Assembly: GCA_963717145.1 (NCBI GenBank)
Contig: OY970325.1
Span: 5,219,248-5,283,247, forward strand
Direction of reading: 5' to 3'
Length of the DNA: 64,000 nucleotides
DNA from: an uncultured Armatimonadetes bacterium
GTDB lineage: Bacteria; Armatimonadota; UBA5829; DTJY01
The notes beneath the pieces were generated by a model. The model was not told the origin of the DNA. It ran no database searches and saw only the letters and a list, made by a program, of their open reading frames with translations. Of the stretch, positions 18,945 through 29,034 are shown one piece after another; the stretch's first letter is position 1, and each line of letters opens with the position of its first letter. The position numbers and the translations under genes are program-made.

Positions 18945-19811
18945 TCAGCACAGTTCCTGCAGTTCCTACTCTCAGGGGTGACAGTAGGCAGCATCTACGC
19001 GCTTACCGCAATCGGGTTCACGATCATCTATAACTGCACGCAGGTCGTCAACTTCGCGCAGGGTGAGTTCGTGATGCTCGGGGCGATGATCGCGGCGGTT
19101 CTCGTCGTGGCAGGTCACGTCTCGCTTCCCGTCGCATGTATTGCCGCGGTCGTCATAACCGGCATCGTCGGCTGGCTTATCGCATCTTCACTCCTCAGAC
19201 CGCTCAGGACCGGCTCCACGGTTACGCTCATCATCATCACCGTGGGCGCTTCGATCCTGTTTCGCGGAATCGCCATGCTGTTCTGGGGCAAGGATGCAAT
19301 GCCGCTGCCGGCGTTCTCCGGTGAGAACACGCTGCATTTCGGCGGCGCCTCGATGCAGCCCCAGAGCCTGTGGGTGCTGGCTGTCACGGCTGTGCTCGTG
19401 ATCCTCCTGAGGCTCTTCTATCAGTACACTCTGCTCGGTCGCGCGATGAGGGCCTGCGCATCCTGCAAGCCGGGCGCGAAGCTCGTCGGCATCAACACCA
19501 ACCGAATGACGATCCTGTCGTTCGTTCTTGGCGGGGCAGTCGGCGCGGTGGCCGGAGTCGTGATCGCTCCGATGACCATGGCCCAGTACGACATGGGCAC
19601 GATGCTCGGGCTGAAGGGGTTCTGTGCCGCAATCCTCGGCGGGCTGGGCAACTTCACGGGCGGCATCGTGGCCGGACTCGCACTCGGCATTCTGGAGGCG
19701 ATGGGCGCCGGTTTCATATCGAGTGGCTACAAGGATGCCATAGCCTTTGTGATCCTTCTCATCATCCTCTTTGCCCGCCCGCAAGGGGTCTTCGGCGGGA
19801 AGAAGGGATAG
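18945..19811 (+). CDS. Branched-chain amino acid ABC transporter permease (LivH-like)
   Basis: LQFLLSGVTVGSIYALTAIGFTIIYNCTQVVNFAQGEFVMLGAM is the canonical LivH N-terminus. TTG start at 18945 is likely. The caller Met at 18828 lies in the palindrome. Confidence 0.8.
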   Translation, partial: SAQFLQFLLSGVTVGSIYALTAIGFTIIYNCTQVVNFAQGEFVMLGAMIAAVLVVAGHVSLPVACIAAVVITGIVGWLIASSLLRPLRTGSTVTLIIITVGASILFRGIAMLFWGKDAMPLPAFSGENTLHFGGASMQPQSLWVLAVTAVLVILLRLFYQYTLLGRAMRACASCKPGAKLVGINTNRMTILSFVLGGAVGAVAGVVIAPMTMAQYDMGTMLGLKGFCAAILGGLGNFTGGIVAGLALGILEAMGAGFISSGYKDAIAFVILLIILFARPQGVFGGKKG

Positions 19812-19840
19812 ATAGCATCTGTTGGGTCTCTGTTGGGTCG

Positions 19841-19927
19841 GGAGTTGTACTCCCGAACCGGAGACTGGTTTGGCGGAGTTCAACTCCGCGTCGGTTCGGC
19901 GGGATGGAGTGCAACTCCATCCCGAAC
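19841..19927. repeat. Family D REP-like element (GGAGTTGTACTCC / GGAGTTCAACTCCG hairpins) in the livH-livM intercistronic region
   Basis: GGGAGTTGTACTCCCGAACCGGAGACTGGTTTGGCGGAGTTCAACTCCGCGTCGGTTCGGCGGGATGGAGTGCAACTCCATCCCG. Related copy at 36121-36228. Confidence 0.75.
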
Positions 19928-21334
19928 GGGGACGGTAGGCTTTCGACTTTGGACTTTCGACTTTCGACTAGACCTGCGATCCTGCGCCTGTTGCCGTTCA
20001 TCGCGCTCGTCGCAGCCATACTGGCGATACCGAACCTGGTATTCAAGCCGTCCGAAACGGGCGGCAACTACTACCTCACGGTTCTGATCTACGTCGGGAT
20101 CAACACGATCCTGGCGGTCGGACTGAACCTGCTCATGGGGTATGCGGGCCAGGTGTCGCTCGGTCACGCCGCCTTCTACGGTCTTGGCGCGTATGCGTCC
20201 GCCGTTCTGACGACCCGTGGCGTCCCTGCCGGTATCGTGGCCCCCGCAGCCGCCGTGATCGCCGTAATGGCGTCCGCCGCAGCGATCATCTCCATGCTTC
20301 GAGCCGAGTCCGGCAGGTTCTTGCTCTCGGTGGGCGGCTTCCTCCTTGCAGCAGTCTCCGCCGTCCACTTCGGACTCGCACACCCGGTGCCCTACATTCT
20401 GCTGGTCGCGGGCTGGATGGTTTCGTATGTTGCATACAGGATGTCGCCGATCAAACTGGCAGTCCCCTACGCCATCGGAGCGGTGGTCGGGCTCGTCACC
20501 TATTGGCTACTCGGACACGCCACGGGCGGCATGTCGCCCTGGTACGCGATGGCCGCCGGACTGGTCTTCACCTGCCTGATCGCGTATCTTATCGGCTCTC
20601 AGGCACTGAAGCTCCATGGACACTACCTGGCGATGGCGACTCTCGGCTTCGGCGTGATCATCGCCATCATCCTCGTGCAGTGGGAGCCGATGACGGGCGG
20701 CACATCGGGGATCTATGGCATTCCCAGCCTGCAACTCGGCAAGCTGGCCCTCGACAACGATATCTCCGTCTATTACCTGGTATGGGCGCTGGTTGCGGTA
20801 GTGATCGCGTTATCCGCCAACATCGTCAACTCGCGGATCGGGCGCGCGTTCCGAGCCGTGCACGGAAGCGAGGTTGCGGCGGCTTCTCTCGGGGTCGACG
20901 CGACTCGGTACAAGGTGCAGGTCTTCGTGCTGAGCGCCGCCCTGGCTTCGATCGCCGGCAGCATCTACGCTCATTACGTCACTTTCATCAGCCCCGAGCC
21001 GTTCGGGTTCAAGTTCTCGATCGAACTGGTGGTCATGGTGGTCATCGGGGGCTTGGCGAGCATCTGGGGCGCGGTGTTTGGGGCAGCGACGATAACAATC
21101 CTCGGCGAACTGCTGCGCGGGCTGGGAACGACCCAGACATTGGGCGCGGAGAAGGGCGTCTTTGCCCTGATCCGAGATAGACTCGGTGCTTCCCCCTCAG
21201 ATTTTGACGTGATCATTTTCGGCCTGATCCTGATGCTCATCATGATATACATGCCCAACGGCCTGCTCCGGACGATCGTCGACAGCGCGAAGTCTGCCAT
21301 CCGCCTGGCGCGGAGAAAGAAGGCGGTGGAGTGA
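19908..21334 (+). CDS. Branched-chain amino acid ABC transporter permease (LivM-like) with extra TM segments
   Basis: LLMGYAGQVSLGHAAFYGLGAYASAVL core motif. Start is uncertain because the first in-frame ATG lies inside the REP. Confidence 0.7.
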
Positions 21335-22128
21335 TGGAGACCTCAGCCGCTTTGGTCCAGGTGCGGAAGGCACGCAAGGTTTTCGGCGGACTCACAGCCG
21401 TCGATGATGTTACGTTCGACGTGGCGCTTGGGCAGTTGTTTGCGGTCATCGGGCCAAACGGAGCAGGGAAGAGCACCATGCTGAACCTGCTATCCGGCGT
21501 CCTCAAGCCGACGGACGGCGAGATCTTCTTCCGGCAGACCGCCACTTCGGGCCTCCCGCCATACGAGATCGCCGGCCTGGGGATCGCCAGGACGTTCCAG
21601 AATGTACAGCTCTTCCCGAACATGACCGTCCTCGAAAACGTCATGGTGGGACGGCATCTGCGCTCCAGTCAGGGACTCCTGGCGGCCGCGCTCCGTTTCC
21701 CCGGGCAGATCAGGGAAGAGCGGCGGATCCTCGAATCAGCGCTCGAGCGGCTGGACTCGGTCGGGCTCGCGGACAAGCGCGAGGACTCCGCCTCGAGCTT
21801 GTCGTTCGGACAGCAGCGGCTCCTCGAGATCGCCCGCGCGCTCGCGCCTGAGCCGAAGATGCTTCTGCTGGACGAGCCGGCATCCGGTCTCAGTTCCCAT
21901 GAGACCGAGACGCTCGCGGATTACCTCCTGCGAATCGTCGCCGAGGGGATCACAGTCATCCTCGTGGACCACGACATGCAGTTCGTGATGGACATATCCG
22001 ACCACGTTGTAGTGCTCGACCACGGGCAGAAGATCGCCGAGGGAACGCCGACGGAGGTGCAGGCCGATCGGAAGGTCATCGCCGCATACCTGGGAGAGGA
22101 GGTCCACGGTCATGCTAAGACTGACTAG
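21331..22128 (+). CDS. ABC transporter ATP-binding protein (LivG-like)
   Basis: Walker A GPNGAGKST, signature LSFGQQRLLEIARAL, Walker B LLLDEPASG. ATGA overlap with livM. Confidence 0.85.
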   Translation: MMETSAALVQVRKARKVFGGLTAVDDVTFDVALGQLFAVIGPNGAGKSTMLNLLSGVLKPTDGEIFFRQTATSGLPPYEIAGLGIARTFQNVQLFPNMTVLENVMVGRHLRSSQGLLAAALRFPGQIREERRILESALERLDSVGLADKREDSASSLSFGQQRLLEIARALAPEPKMLLLDEPASGLSSHETETLADYLLRIVAEGITVILVDHDMQFVMDISDHVVVLDHGQKIAEGTPTEVQADRKVIAAYLGEEVHGHAKTD

Positions 22129-22849
22129 CCTCGTCTCGGGGTATGGCAGGATCACGGTCCTCCGCCGCATATCGATGCACGTGGGGGCCGGCGAGATCGT
22201 CGCGGTTATCGGTGCGAACGGAGCGGGCAAGACCACGCTCCTCGATACGGTATGTGGAGTGCTCCCGGCGCAGTCGGGGTCGATCAAGCTGGACGGGAAG
22301 GAAGTCGCCGGGGCCGCCCCGGAGCGCCTGGTGAGGATGGGCATGTCGCACGCGCCTCAGGGACGCCAGCTTTTCCCCGACATGACGGTCTACGAGAACC
22401 TGGTTCTCGGCGCGTACAGAAGGAGCCGCTCCGAGAAGCGAACTCAGATGCGCGGCGACCTGGAGAACGTCTACTCTATCTTCCCGACGCTGGAGGAGCG
22501 ACACGGTCAGCTCGCCGGGACGCTTTCCGGCGGTGAACAGCAGATGCTCGCGATCGGACGAGCGCTGATGTCGAAGCCGAGGCTCCTGCTGCTCGATGAG
22601 CCATCGATGGGCCTCGCGCCGCTCGTCATCAAGGACATTTTCAAAGTCATCAGCGCACTGCACAAGCAGGGTACGACTGTGTTGGTTGTCGAACAGAACG
22701 CCAAGGCAGCGCTCTCTATCGCCCAGCGAGGCTACGTCATAGAGACGGGGCGCGTCATCCTCGAGGGGACGGCTCACGAGCTGGAGCGCAATCCCGAGGT
22801 CCAGAGAGCCTATCTGGGCAAGGGTTACAAGCACATGATAGAAAGCTGA
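22112..22849 (+). CDS. ABC transporter ATP-binding protein (LivF-like)
   Basis: Walker A GANGAGKTT, signature LSGGEQQMLAIGRAL, Walker B LLLDEPSMG. Confidence 0.85.
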   Translation: MLRLTSLVSGYGRITVLRRISMHVGAGEIVAVIGANGAGKTTLLDTVCGVLPAQSGSIKLDGKEVAGAAPERLVRMGMSHAPQGRQLFPDMTVYENLVLGAYRRSRSEKRTQMRGDLENVYSIFPTLEERHGQLAGTLSGGEQQMLAIGRALMSKPRLLLLDEPSMGLAPLVIKDIFKVISALHKQGTTVLVVEQNAKAALSIAQRGYVIETGRVILEGTAHELERNPEVQRAYLGKGYKHMIES

Positions 22850-22857
22850 GGAAGCCT

Positions 22858-24153
22858 ATGCCTATCTGGAACAGAAGATGCGAAACGATGTCGCGTGAAG
22901 AGATGGGGCAGTTGCAGCTCGAACGGCTCCAGTCGACCGTCAACCGCGCGTACCGGAACGTCCGCTTCTACCACAGAAGGTTCGAGAGGCTCGGGATCGA
23001 GCCGGAGGACGTTGGCTCGCTCGACGATCTCAAGCGTCTGCCGTTTACGACGAAGGAGGACCTCTGCGACGCCTATCCCTACGAGATGTTCAGCGTCCCT
23101 CTGAGGGAGATCGTGCGCATCCACGCCTCGTCCGGGTCCTCAGGGCAGGGAGCGGTCATCGGCTATACGCGCAATGACCTGCGCACGTGGAGCGACCTCG
23201 TCGCGCGCGTCGTCAGTGCGGCCGGAGTCACGAAGCATGATGTGCTTCAGGTGACGTTCGACTACGGGCTGTTCACGGGCGGCTTCGGGATCCATTACGG
23301 AGCCGAGCGAGTCGGCGCGTCGGTCATCCCGGCGTCGGGAGGGAATACCGAGCGCCAGATCCGCATCATGAAGGACTTCAAAACAACGGTGCTCGTCGGC
23401 ACTCCGAGCTATGCCCTCCATATCGCCGAAGTGATGGACCAGATGGATGTGGATCGGAGCGCGTTCTCTCTGCGGCTCGGGCTCTTCGGGGGCGAACCGT
23501 TCCCCGAGCATCTCAGGAGCGAGATCGAGGAGCGCCTCGGAATAAGCGCGACCGACAACTATGGGATCAGCGATGTCATGGGCCCCGGGATCGCGGGCGA
23601 GTGCGAGTGCAAGTGCGGCCTCCACGTGAATGAGGACCACTTCCTAGCCGAACTGGTGGATCCCCAGACGCTCGAATCGGTTCCATATGGCGCGGAGGGC
23701 GAATTGGTTCTCACAACGATCACGAAGCAAGGCATGCCGCTGCTCCGATACCGAACCAGAGACCTGACGACGCTGAATCCCGAGAAATGCGTCTGCGGGC
23801 GCACCAACGTCCGCATGAGCAAGATCGCCGGCCGCACCGACGACATGCTGATCATCCGCGGCGTGAACGTCTATCCCTCGCAGATCGAGTCGATCCTGCT
23901 CGAGATCGAGGGCGTCGAGCCGCATTACCGCATCGTCATCGACCGCGTGGCGGCGATGGACGAGATGACCATTCAGGTGGAGGTATCGAAGGAGATCCTC
24001 ACCGACCAGATGCGCAGGCTCGCGGAGCTTGAGGAGAAGATCAAGTCCCGGATGCATGCCGTCATCGGCCTGACACCCAAGCTGAAGTTGGTCGAGCCCA
24101 GGACACTCCAGGATATGGGTGGACAGAAGGTAGTCGATAACCGCAATCTTTAG
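22858..24153 (+). CDS. Second PaaK-family phenylacetate-CoA ligase paralog with a divergent P-loop
   Basis: Full-length similarity to the gene at 13501, but the P-loop reads SSGSSGQGAVIGYT instead of [14 protein letters not shown]. Other core motifs are kept (YGLFTGGFGIHYGAERVGASVIP, IIRGVNVYPSQIE). Confidence 0.8.
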   Translation: MPIWNRRCETMSREEMGQLQLERLQSTVNRAYRNVRFYHRRFERLGIEPEDVGSLDDLKRLPFTTKEDLCDAYPYEMFSVPLREIVRIHASSGSSGQGAVIGYTRNDLRTWSDLVARVVSAAGVTKHDVLQVTFDYGLFTGGFGIHYGAERVGASVIPASGGNTERQIRIMKDFKTTVLVGTPSYALHIAEVMDQMDVDRSAFSLRLGLFGGEPFPEHLRSEIEERLGISATDNYGISDVMGPGIAGECECKCGLHVNEDHFLAELVDPQTLESVPYGAEGELVLTTITKQGMPLLRYRTRDLTTLNPEKCVCGRTNVRMSKIAGRTDDMLIIRGVNVYPSQIESILLEIEGVEPHYRIVIDRVAAMDEMTIQVEVSKEILTDQMRRLAELEEKIKSRMHAVIGLTPKLKLVEPRTLQDMGGQKVVDNRNL

Positions 24154-24165
24154 CAGATGGCTCAT

Positions 24166-24230
24166 GTAGTGGCCGCGCCTCCGTGCCGGCCACTGAGGTG
24201 GTAAGGCCGGCACAGAGGCACGGCCACTAC
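24166..24230. repeat. Family C REP hairpin downstream of paaK2
   Basis: GTAGTGGCCGCGCCTCCGTGCCGGCCACTGAGGTGGTAAGGCCGGCACAGAGGCACGGCCACTAC. Confidence 0.8.
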
Positions 24231-24401
24231 ATGCTATTTCACATCCATTTTGCTCGAGGAGGTGATCTTACTGCACCTGAGCTTGGTTTCTATCTGATAA
24301 GGCGAAACAAGGACAGCCTTATCAGGTAGTGGCCGGTGAATGCCGGCATAGTACGAGCGGATTTCGGTCCGCGATTCGAAAATACAGAGGAGGTAAGGAA
24401 A

Positions 24402-25556
24402 TTGTTACACAGCAAGAAGCGCATCCTGCTCGCAACGATTGCCGTGCTGATGATGGTCTCAGCAGGCATGTTGTTTGCGCAGGGCGGAGGCGCGGCCCCC
24501 GCAGCGGCCGCCCCTGGACCGCCTACCATCAGCGTGCATGGCTACATGCAGAACAGGTTCTACTTCGGTGAAGGCGCGAATCCCGAGTTCCGGTCGGAGA
24601 GGATATCGATCTCAACGCTCGCGACCTTCGCGGACGCCAGCACCGCGTTCGTAGAGCTGTACTATCATCCATGGGCTCCGGCAGCCGGGCTCTACCTCGA
24701 GAGCGCCTATTACGACAAGGTCCTGGCTGACAGTCACCTCAGGGTGGGCAAGGGCAGAAGGCAGACCTTCGGTATCACACCCGCCTATCCGAACCGGAAG
24801 ACCTCCAACTACGGGATCGTCTCAGAGGCGTTCACGCAGGACCGCATCCAGGGTCTTCAGTACTTTGGCACGAAGAACAATCTGGATATCGGCCTGTCGC
24901 TGCACACCGCATATCGTCTCGGCACTCGGAACATCGGAGAAATCCCGGGAGATAGCCTGCGCAACGCAACCCATCAGGTGCCTCACCTGGCCCTCAGAGA
25001 AGCAAACGGCGATCTCAGCCAGAAGCTCCAGGTCTCAGGACGAGTCGGTATGAACACGGACGGATGGAAGGCCGGTGTCTCGCTCTCGTTTGCCGGTCTC
25101 GACCGGCGCGATGTGACCAACCTCACGACGTCCGGCGCGACCAATCCGCTGACTCCCGGCGCAACACCTGCTCTGCTTCCGGTTGGATCAGACAACAATA
25201 TGAGCCAGTGGGGTCTGGACTTCATGAAGAAGTGGTCATCCGGATTCATGGCTCAGGGCGAGTTCTACGGGGCCAGCGTCAGTGAGCTGGACTACAACGC
25301 GTGGAACGTACTCGCCGGCCAGGAGTTCACCAGCGGGTGGAAGGTCATCCTGCGGTATGCTCAGCAGAACATGGATACACCGCTTACGAGCAACCCACTC
25401 TCATGGGACGTTCAGCAGACCAGCATATCGGTGGTCCAGCCGATCGCCAAGTCGGTCTGGATCCAGTACGAGTACGAGATCAACACCGAGCGCACGAACA
25501 CCGGCGGGGACGTCGGGAACGATGTGTTCTTCATTGAGCTGTTCAGCGGGTTCTAG
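24402..25556 (+). CDS. Putative outer-membrane beta-barrel (porin-like) protein
   Basis: Signal peptide LLATIAVLMMVSAGMLFAQ. Alternating-hydrophobic strands. C-terminal ELFSGF ends in an aromatic residue, typical of outer-membrane proteins. Start is uncertain. Confidence 0.5.
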   Translation: MLHSKKRILLATIAVLMMVSAGMLFAQGGGAAPAAAAPGPPTISVHGYMQNRFYFGEGANPEFRSERISISTLATFADASTAFVELYYHPWAPAAGLYLESAYYDKVLADSHLRVGKGRRQTFGITPAYPNRKTSNYGIVSEAFTQDRIQGLQYFGTKNNLDIGLSLHTAYRLGTRNIGEIPGDSLRNATHQVPHLALREANGDLSQKLQVSGRVGMNTDGWKAGVSLSFAGLDRRDVTNLTTSGATNPLTPGATPALLPVGSDNNMSQWGLDFMKKWSSGFMAQGEFYGASVSELDYNAWNVLAGQEFTSGWKVILRYAQQNMDTPLTSNPLSWDVQQTSISVVQPIAKSVWIQYEYEINTERTNTGGDVGNDVFFIELFSGF

Positions 25557-25660
25557 GAATCCGAGGGAATGGAGTGGTGGAGTGTCGGGATAACGGGCAC
25601 CTCACCACACGATAGGCGCGAGGGCCGGGGGCATCTGCTCCCGGCCCTTATGCTGACAAT

Positions 25661-25721
25661 GTAGGGGCGTGCCTTGTGCCGCCCGTTGCCGCGTGTCGGG
25701 CGGCACAAGGCACGCCCCTAC
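25661..25721. repeat. Family B REP hairpin in the intergenic region
   Basis: GTAGGGGCGTGCCTTGTGCCGCCCGTTGCCGCGTGTCGGGCGGCACAAGGCACGCCCCTAC. Confidence 0.8.
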
Positions 25722-25792
25722 ATCGTGATTGGCGGTAGGACTTCCGACGCCCGAGGGCGAAGAATACCCCAGAGGCATCCGCGAAGATCACC

Positions 25793-27783
25793 ATGGCAGT
25801 CGAACCCTACGATCCGCGACTCTTATCCGCAGCAGACACCGCGACCGAGCACGAATCCGCCCAGGCCGATCCTTCGACAGGCTCAGGAGGCATCACCTGG
25901 CGCGCGCTCCTGATCGGGTTCATCGCCATCATCCCCGGCGTCTTCTGGGGCGTCTACGGCGATGTCGTCTCCCAGACCGACCTGACCTCGACCTCGCTGA
26001 TGATGCCGCCGGTCCTCATCCTGATGGCGCTCCTCGTCCTCAACGGCATCGTCAGGCGCATCAGGCCGATATGGGTGCTCGGCCGCACGGAGTTGATCAC
26101 CATCTACGCGATGCTTACCGTCTCCGTGATCCTCTCCGGCATGGGGATGCTCCAGTTCCTGATGACATCCCTCGGCGCGGTCCCGCACTTTGCCACCCCC
26201 GAGAACGGATGGGGCGCTTACCTCAACATGGTCCCGCACTGGATCATGCCGAAGCTCTCCGCCATCGACGGCTTCTACGTCGGCAACAAGCCGATCCCCT
26301 GGTCTGCGTGGACGAACCCGATCCTCCTGTGGAGCGGATTCCTCTTCGCGATGCTCTTCTGCATGATGTGCATCAACACGATCCTCCGCAAGCAGTGGAT
26401 CGAGCGGGAACGGCTCACATATCCCATAGTCCAACTTCCGCTGGAGATGACCGACCCGAAGAGCCGGTTCTTCTCGAACAGGCTGATGTGGGCAGGGTTC
26501 TTCACCGCCGCCGCACTCGAGACGCTGAACAGCCTCGCGTTCCTCTATCCGAATGTTCCCCAGGTGCAGTTGCGGGCGTTCGACCTTCAGCCGTTCTTCA
26601 GCACCGCGCCGTGGAATGGGGTGGGGTACTTCCCGACGACCTTCTACCCGCTCGCCATCGGACTCGGGTTCGTGCTCGCGACCGACGTGAGCTTCTCGTG
26701 CTGGTTCTTCTACCTCGTGACCAAGGTGGAGGGAGTCCTCACCTCAGCGCTCGGCTGGACGGGTGGGGCGGGCGCGATGAGCGCTCCGCCGTATCTCGCC
26801 CAGCAGAGCGTCGGCGGGTTTATCGGCATCGGCGTCGTGGTGATCTACCTCGCGAGGAATCACCTCAGGGACGTCTTCGCGAAGGTCTTCACCCGCGACT
26901 CCGGCGTTGACGATTCCGAAGAGCCGATGAGCTATCGGATGGCGGTCTTCGGGCTGGGGCTCGGATTCCTCATCATGGTGATATTCTGCGTGGCGGTCGG
27001 CGTCTCTCCGGCTGTGGGGATCGCGTATCTCGGCCTCTACATGCTCTTCGCCACGACGATCAGCCGACTCCGCGCCGAAGCCGGGCCTGCATGGGTGATG
27101 GGCCCGGGTGGGACGCGCTCGACAGCCTCACCCGCCCGATCGGGACCGGGGCATTCAGCGGGGGAAACCTCGTCGCGCTCGCCTACTTCCACTGGTTCAG
27201 CATCGAGATGAGGTGCTGTCCGATGGGCGTGCAGGCCGAGGGGATGAAGATGGCGCAGGCGACCCGAACGAAGCAGCGGGTGATGACGATCGTTCTCCTC
27301 GCGGCGATGGTCATCGGGATCGCGGTCGGATTCTGGGCGTGCCTCGCGGTATGGTACAAGTTCGGCGCGGGGACGGCGAAGGTCGAGCCGTGGCGCACCG
27401 GTATGGGCGCGGCGCCATTCGACCGGGTCACGGACTACATGCAGAACCCGCAGAGGGCCGATGTCGCGGGCATCCTGGCGATCGTCTTCGGCACGGGGTT
27501 CACGTTCCTGCTCAGTCTGATGCGGAGCCGGTTCGTATGGTTTCCGCTCCATCCGGCGGGATACGTGCTCGCGAACACCGGCACGATGTACTGGCTCTGG
27601 TGTCCGTTCCTGCTGGCGTGGATCATCAAGGTCCTGATCATCCGCTACGGCGGGATCAAGGGCTACCGGACCGCGCTCCCATTCTTCCTCGGCCTCGTCC
27701 TCGGCGACTACATAGCCTCGAGCCTCTGGGCCCTCGCGGGCTCCGTTCTCGGCATCACCATGTACCGCTGCTTCCCCTGCTGA
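25793..27783 (+). CDS. Large polytopic membrane protein, paralog 2 (reading frame shifts around 27090-27210)
   Basis: ORF 25793-27211 continues in ORF 27091-27783. Together they align end to end with paralogs 1 and 3 (ILRKQWIERERLTYP, WFFY, FPLHPAGYVL, IRYGG). Confidence 0.55.
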
Positions 27784-27845
27784 TTTCATACTAGTACTCG
27801 TGCTCGTAATCGTACTCGTAATCGCGGTCTTGGGGTTGTCGCGCG

Positions 27846-28298
27846 CTAAGCAGTAGTGGCGACGATCTCCGACGGGGTGATCGCGGTGATCTCGGGGTAT
27901 CGAGCGAAGTCGGAGGGATTCAGGGTCACCAGATGAGTGATGCCGTGCGCCATCATGAAGGCGACTATCCGTGCATCGTGGGCCTTCTTGCCGAGGACGG
28001 AGTATGACTGGACTACCGTCCGCCAACGAGCCGCCATGTCTTCAGGCTCAGGCAGACAAGGAAAGAGTATCTCGATCTCGTCCATGTGGCCGTCGGCCTT
28101 CTCGAGGTCGAACCCCAGTCCATTCACATCCAGCGGCCTGGTAGCCACAACCCAGGATTCTATCAGCACCTGAGCACACACATGGCAAGGCACACCCGAC
28201 TTGCGAAGGGAATCCAGCGCCGCTACGATCTCAGGGTTGCTCGGATCGCTCAGTTCGAAGAACCTGAGGAGCACGTTGGTGTCGATCAGGAAGGTCAC
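27846..28298 (-). CDS. vapC: Type II toxin, PIN-domain ribonuclease (VapC-like)
   Basis: MTFLIDTNVLL start with the conserved acidic residues of the PIN fold. 150 aa. 4-nt overlap with the upstream antitoxin gene. Confidence 0.8.
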   Translation of the reverse strand: MTFLIDTNVLLRFFELSDPSNPEIVAALDSLRKSGVPCHVCAQVLIESWVVATRPLDVNGLGFDLEKADGHMDEIEILFPCLPEPEDMAARWRTVVQSYSVLGKKAHDARIVAFMMAHGITHLVTLNPSDFARYPEITAITPSEIVATTA

Positions 28299-28528
28299 AG
28301 CCGGTCCTCATACATATTCTCACGCCTGAGGGCCTCATCGGGGATGCGGACGCCGGATACCCGCCCGGCAAGGAGTCTCCGCCAGGCTGCATCTTTTGAC
28401 GAAGTGCGCCGACGCTGAGGCTTCTCAACCGCGAGTTGGATTACCAGCGACTGGTTGATCGGCAGGTCCACCGGATCGTCGGGAACGATGGTCTTGCCAT
28501 CATAATGCGCGCGGATTCTCATTGCCAT
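28295..28528 (-). CDS. vapB: Type II antitoxin (VapB-like, DUF104-like small beta protein)
   Basis: MAMRIRAHYDGKTIVPDDPVDLPINQSLVIQLA resembles the DUF104 antitoxin pattern. Translationally coupled to vapC. Confidence 0.55.
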   Translation of the reverse strand: MAMRIRAHYDGKTIVPDDPVDLPINQSLVIQLAVEKPQRRRTSSKDAAWRRLLAGRVSGVRIPDEALRRENMYEDRL

Positions 28529-28560
28529 GGGATTCACCTCGCAAGCATTATACCACATCG

Positions 28561-28800
28561 GCTCTGCATCGGTCGGGATACGTGTTGGTGAACACCGGCA
28601 CGATGTACTGGCTCTGGTGTCCGTTCATGGTGGCATGGTTCGTCAAGGTCCTGATCATCCGCTACGGCGGGATCAAGGGCTACCGGACCGCGCTCCCGTT
28701 CTTCCTCGGGCTCGTCCTCGGCGACTACATCGCCTCATCCCTCTGGGCCCTCGCGGGCTCCGTCCTCGGCATCACGATGTACCGCTGCTTCCCGTGCTGA
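28561..28800 (+). pseudogene. Duplicated 3' fragment (last 80 codons) of the paralog 2 membrane-protein gene. It forms a direct repeat with 27541-27783.
   Basis: About 230 bp nearly identical to 27545-27783. Both encode YVLxNTGTMYWLWCPF...IRYGGIKGYRTALPFFLGLVLGDYIASSLWALAGSVLGITMYRCFPC and stop. Confidence 0.7.
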
Positions 28801-29034
28801 TGGTCGATGGTTGATGGTTGATGGGGAAACGTCAGCCCTGAGTGTGCTGGTGAATGACGTCGTGTATAGAAGGGCGGGCCACCGAAGGGAGGACATTCCG
28901 ACGACCGCTGACGGGCAGTTCCCGCTAGTTGTGCCTGCCCCCCGTTTCTTGTCCCTCATTTCTGTCCGGTGAAGGAACTCCTCGGCATAAAGATGAATGC
29001 TCTAATCACTAGCTAACCCGCAGAGGTAGGGCGC

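Noticed and set aside
25620-25650. Intrinsic terminator after the porin-like gene (AGGGCCGGGGGCATCTGCTCCCGGCCCT)
   Set aside because: There is a clear GC hairpin but no following U-tract. Left as unreported in the feature list because many REP hairpins in this genome would score similarly.
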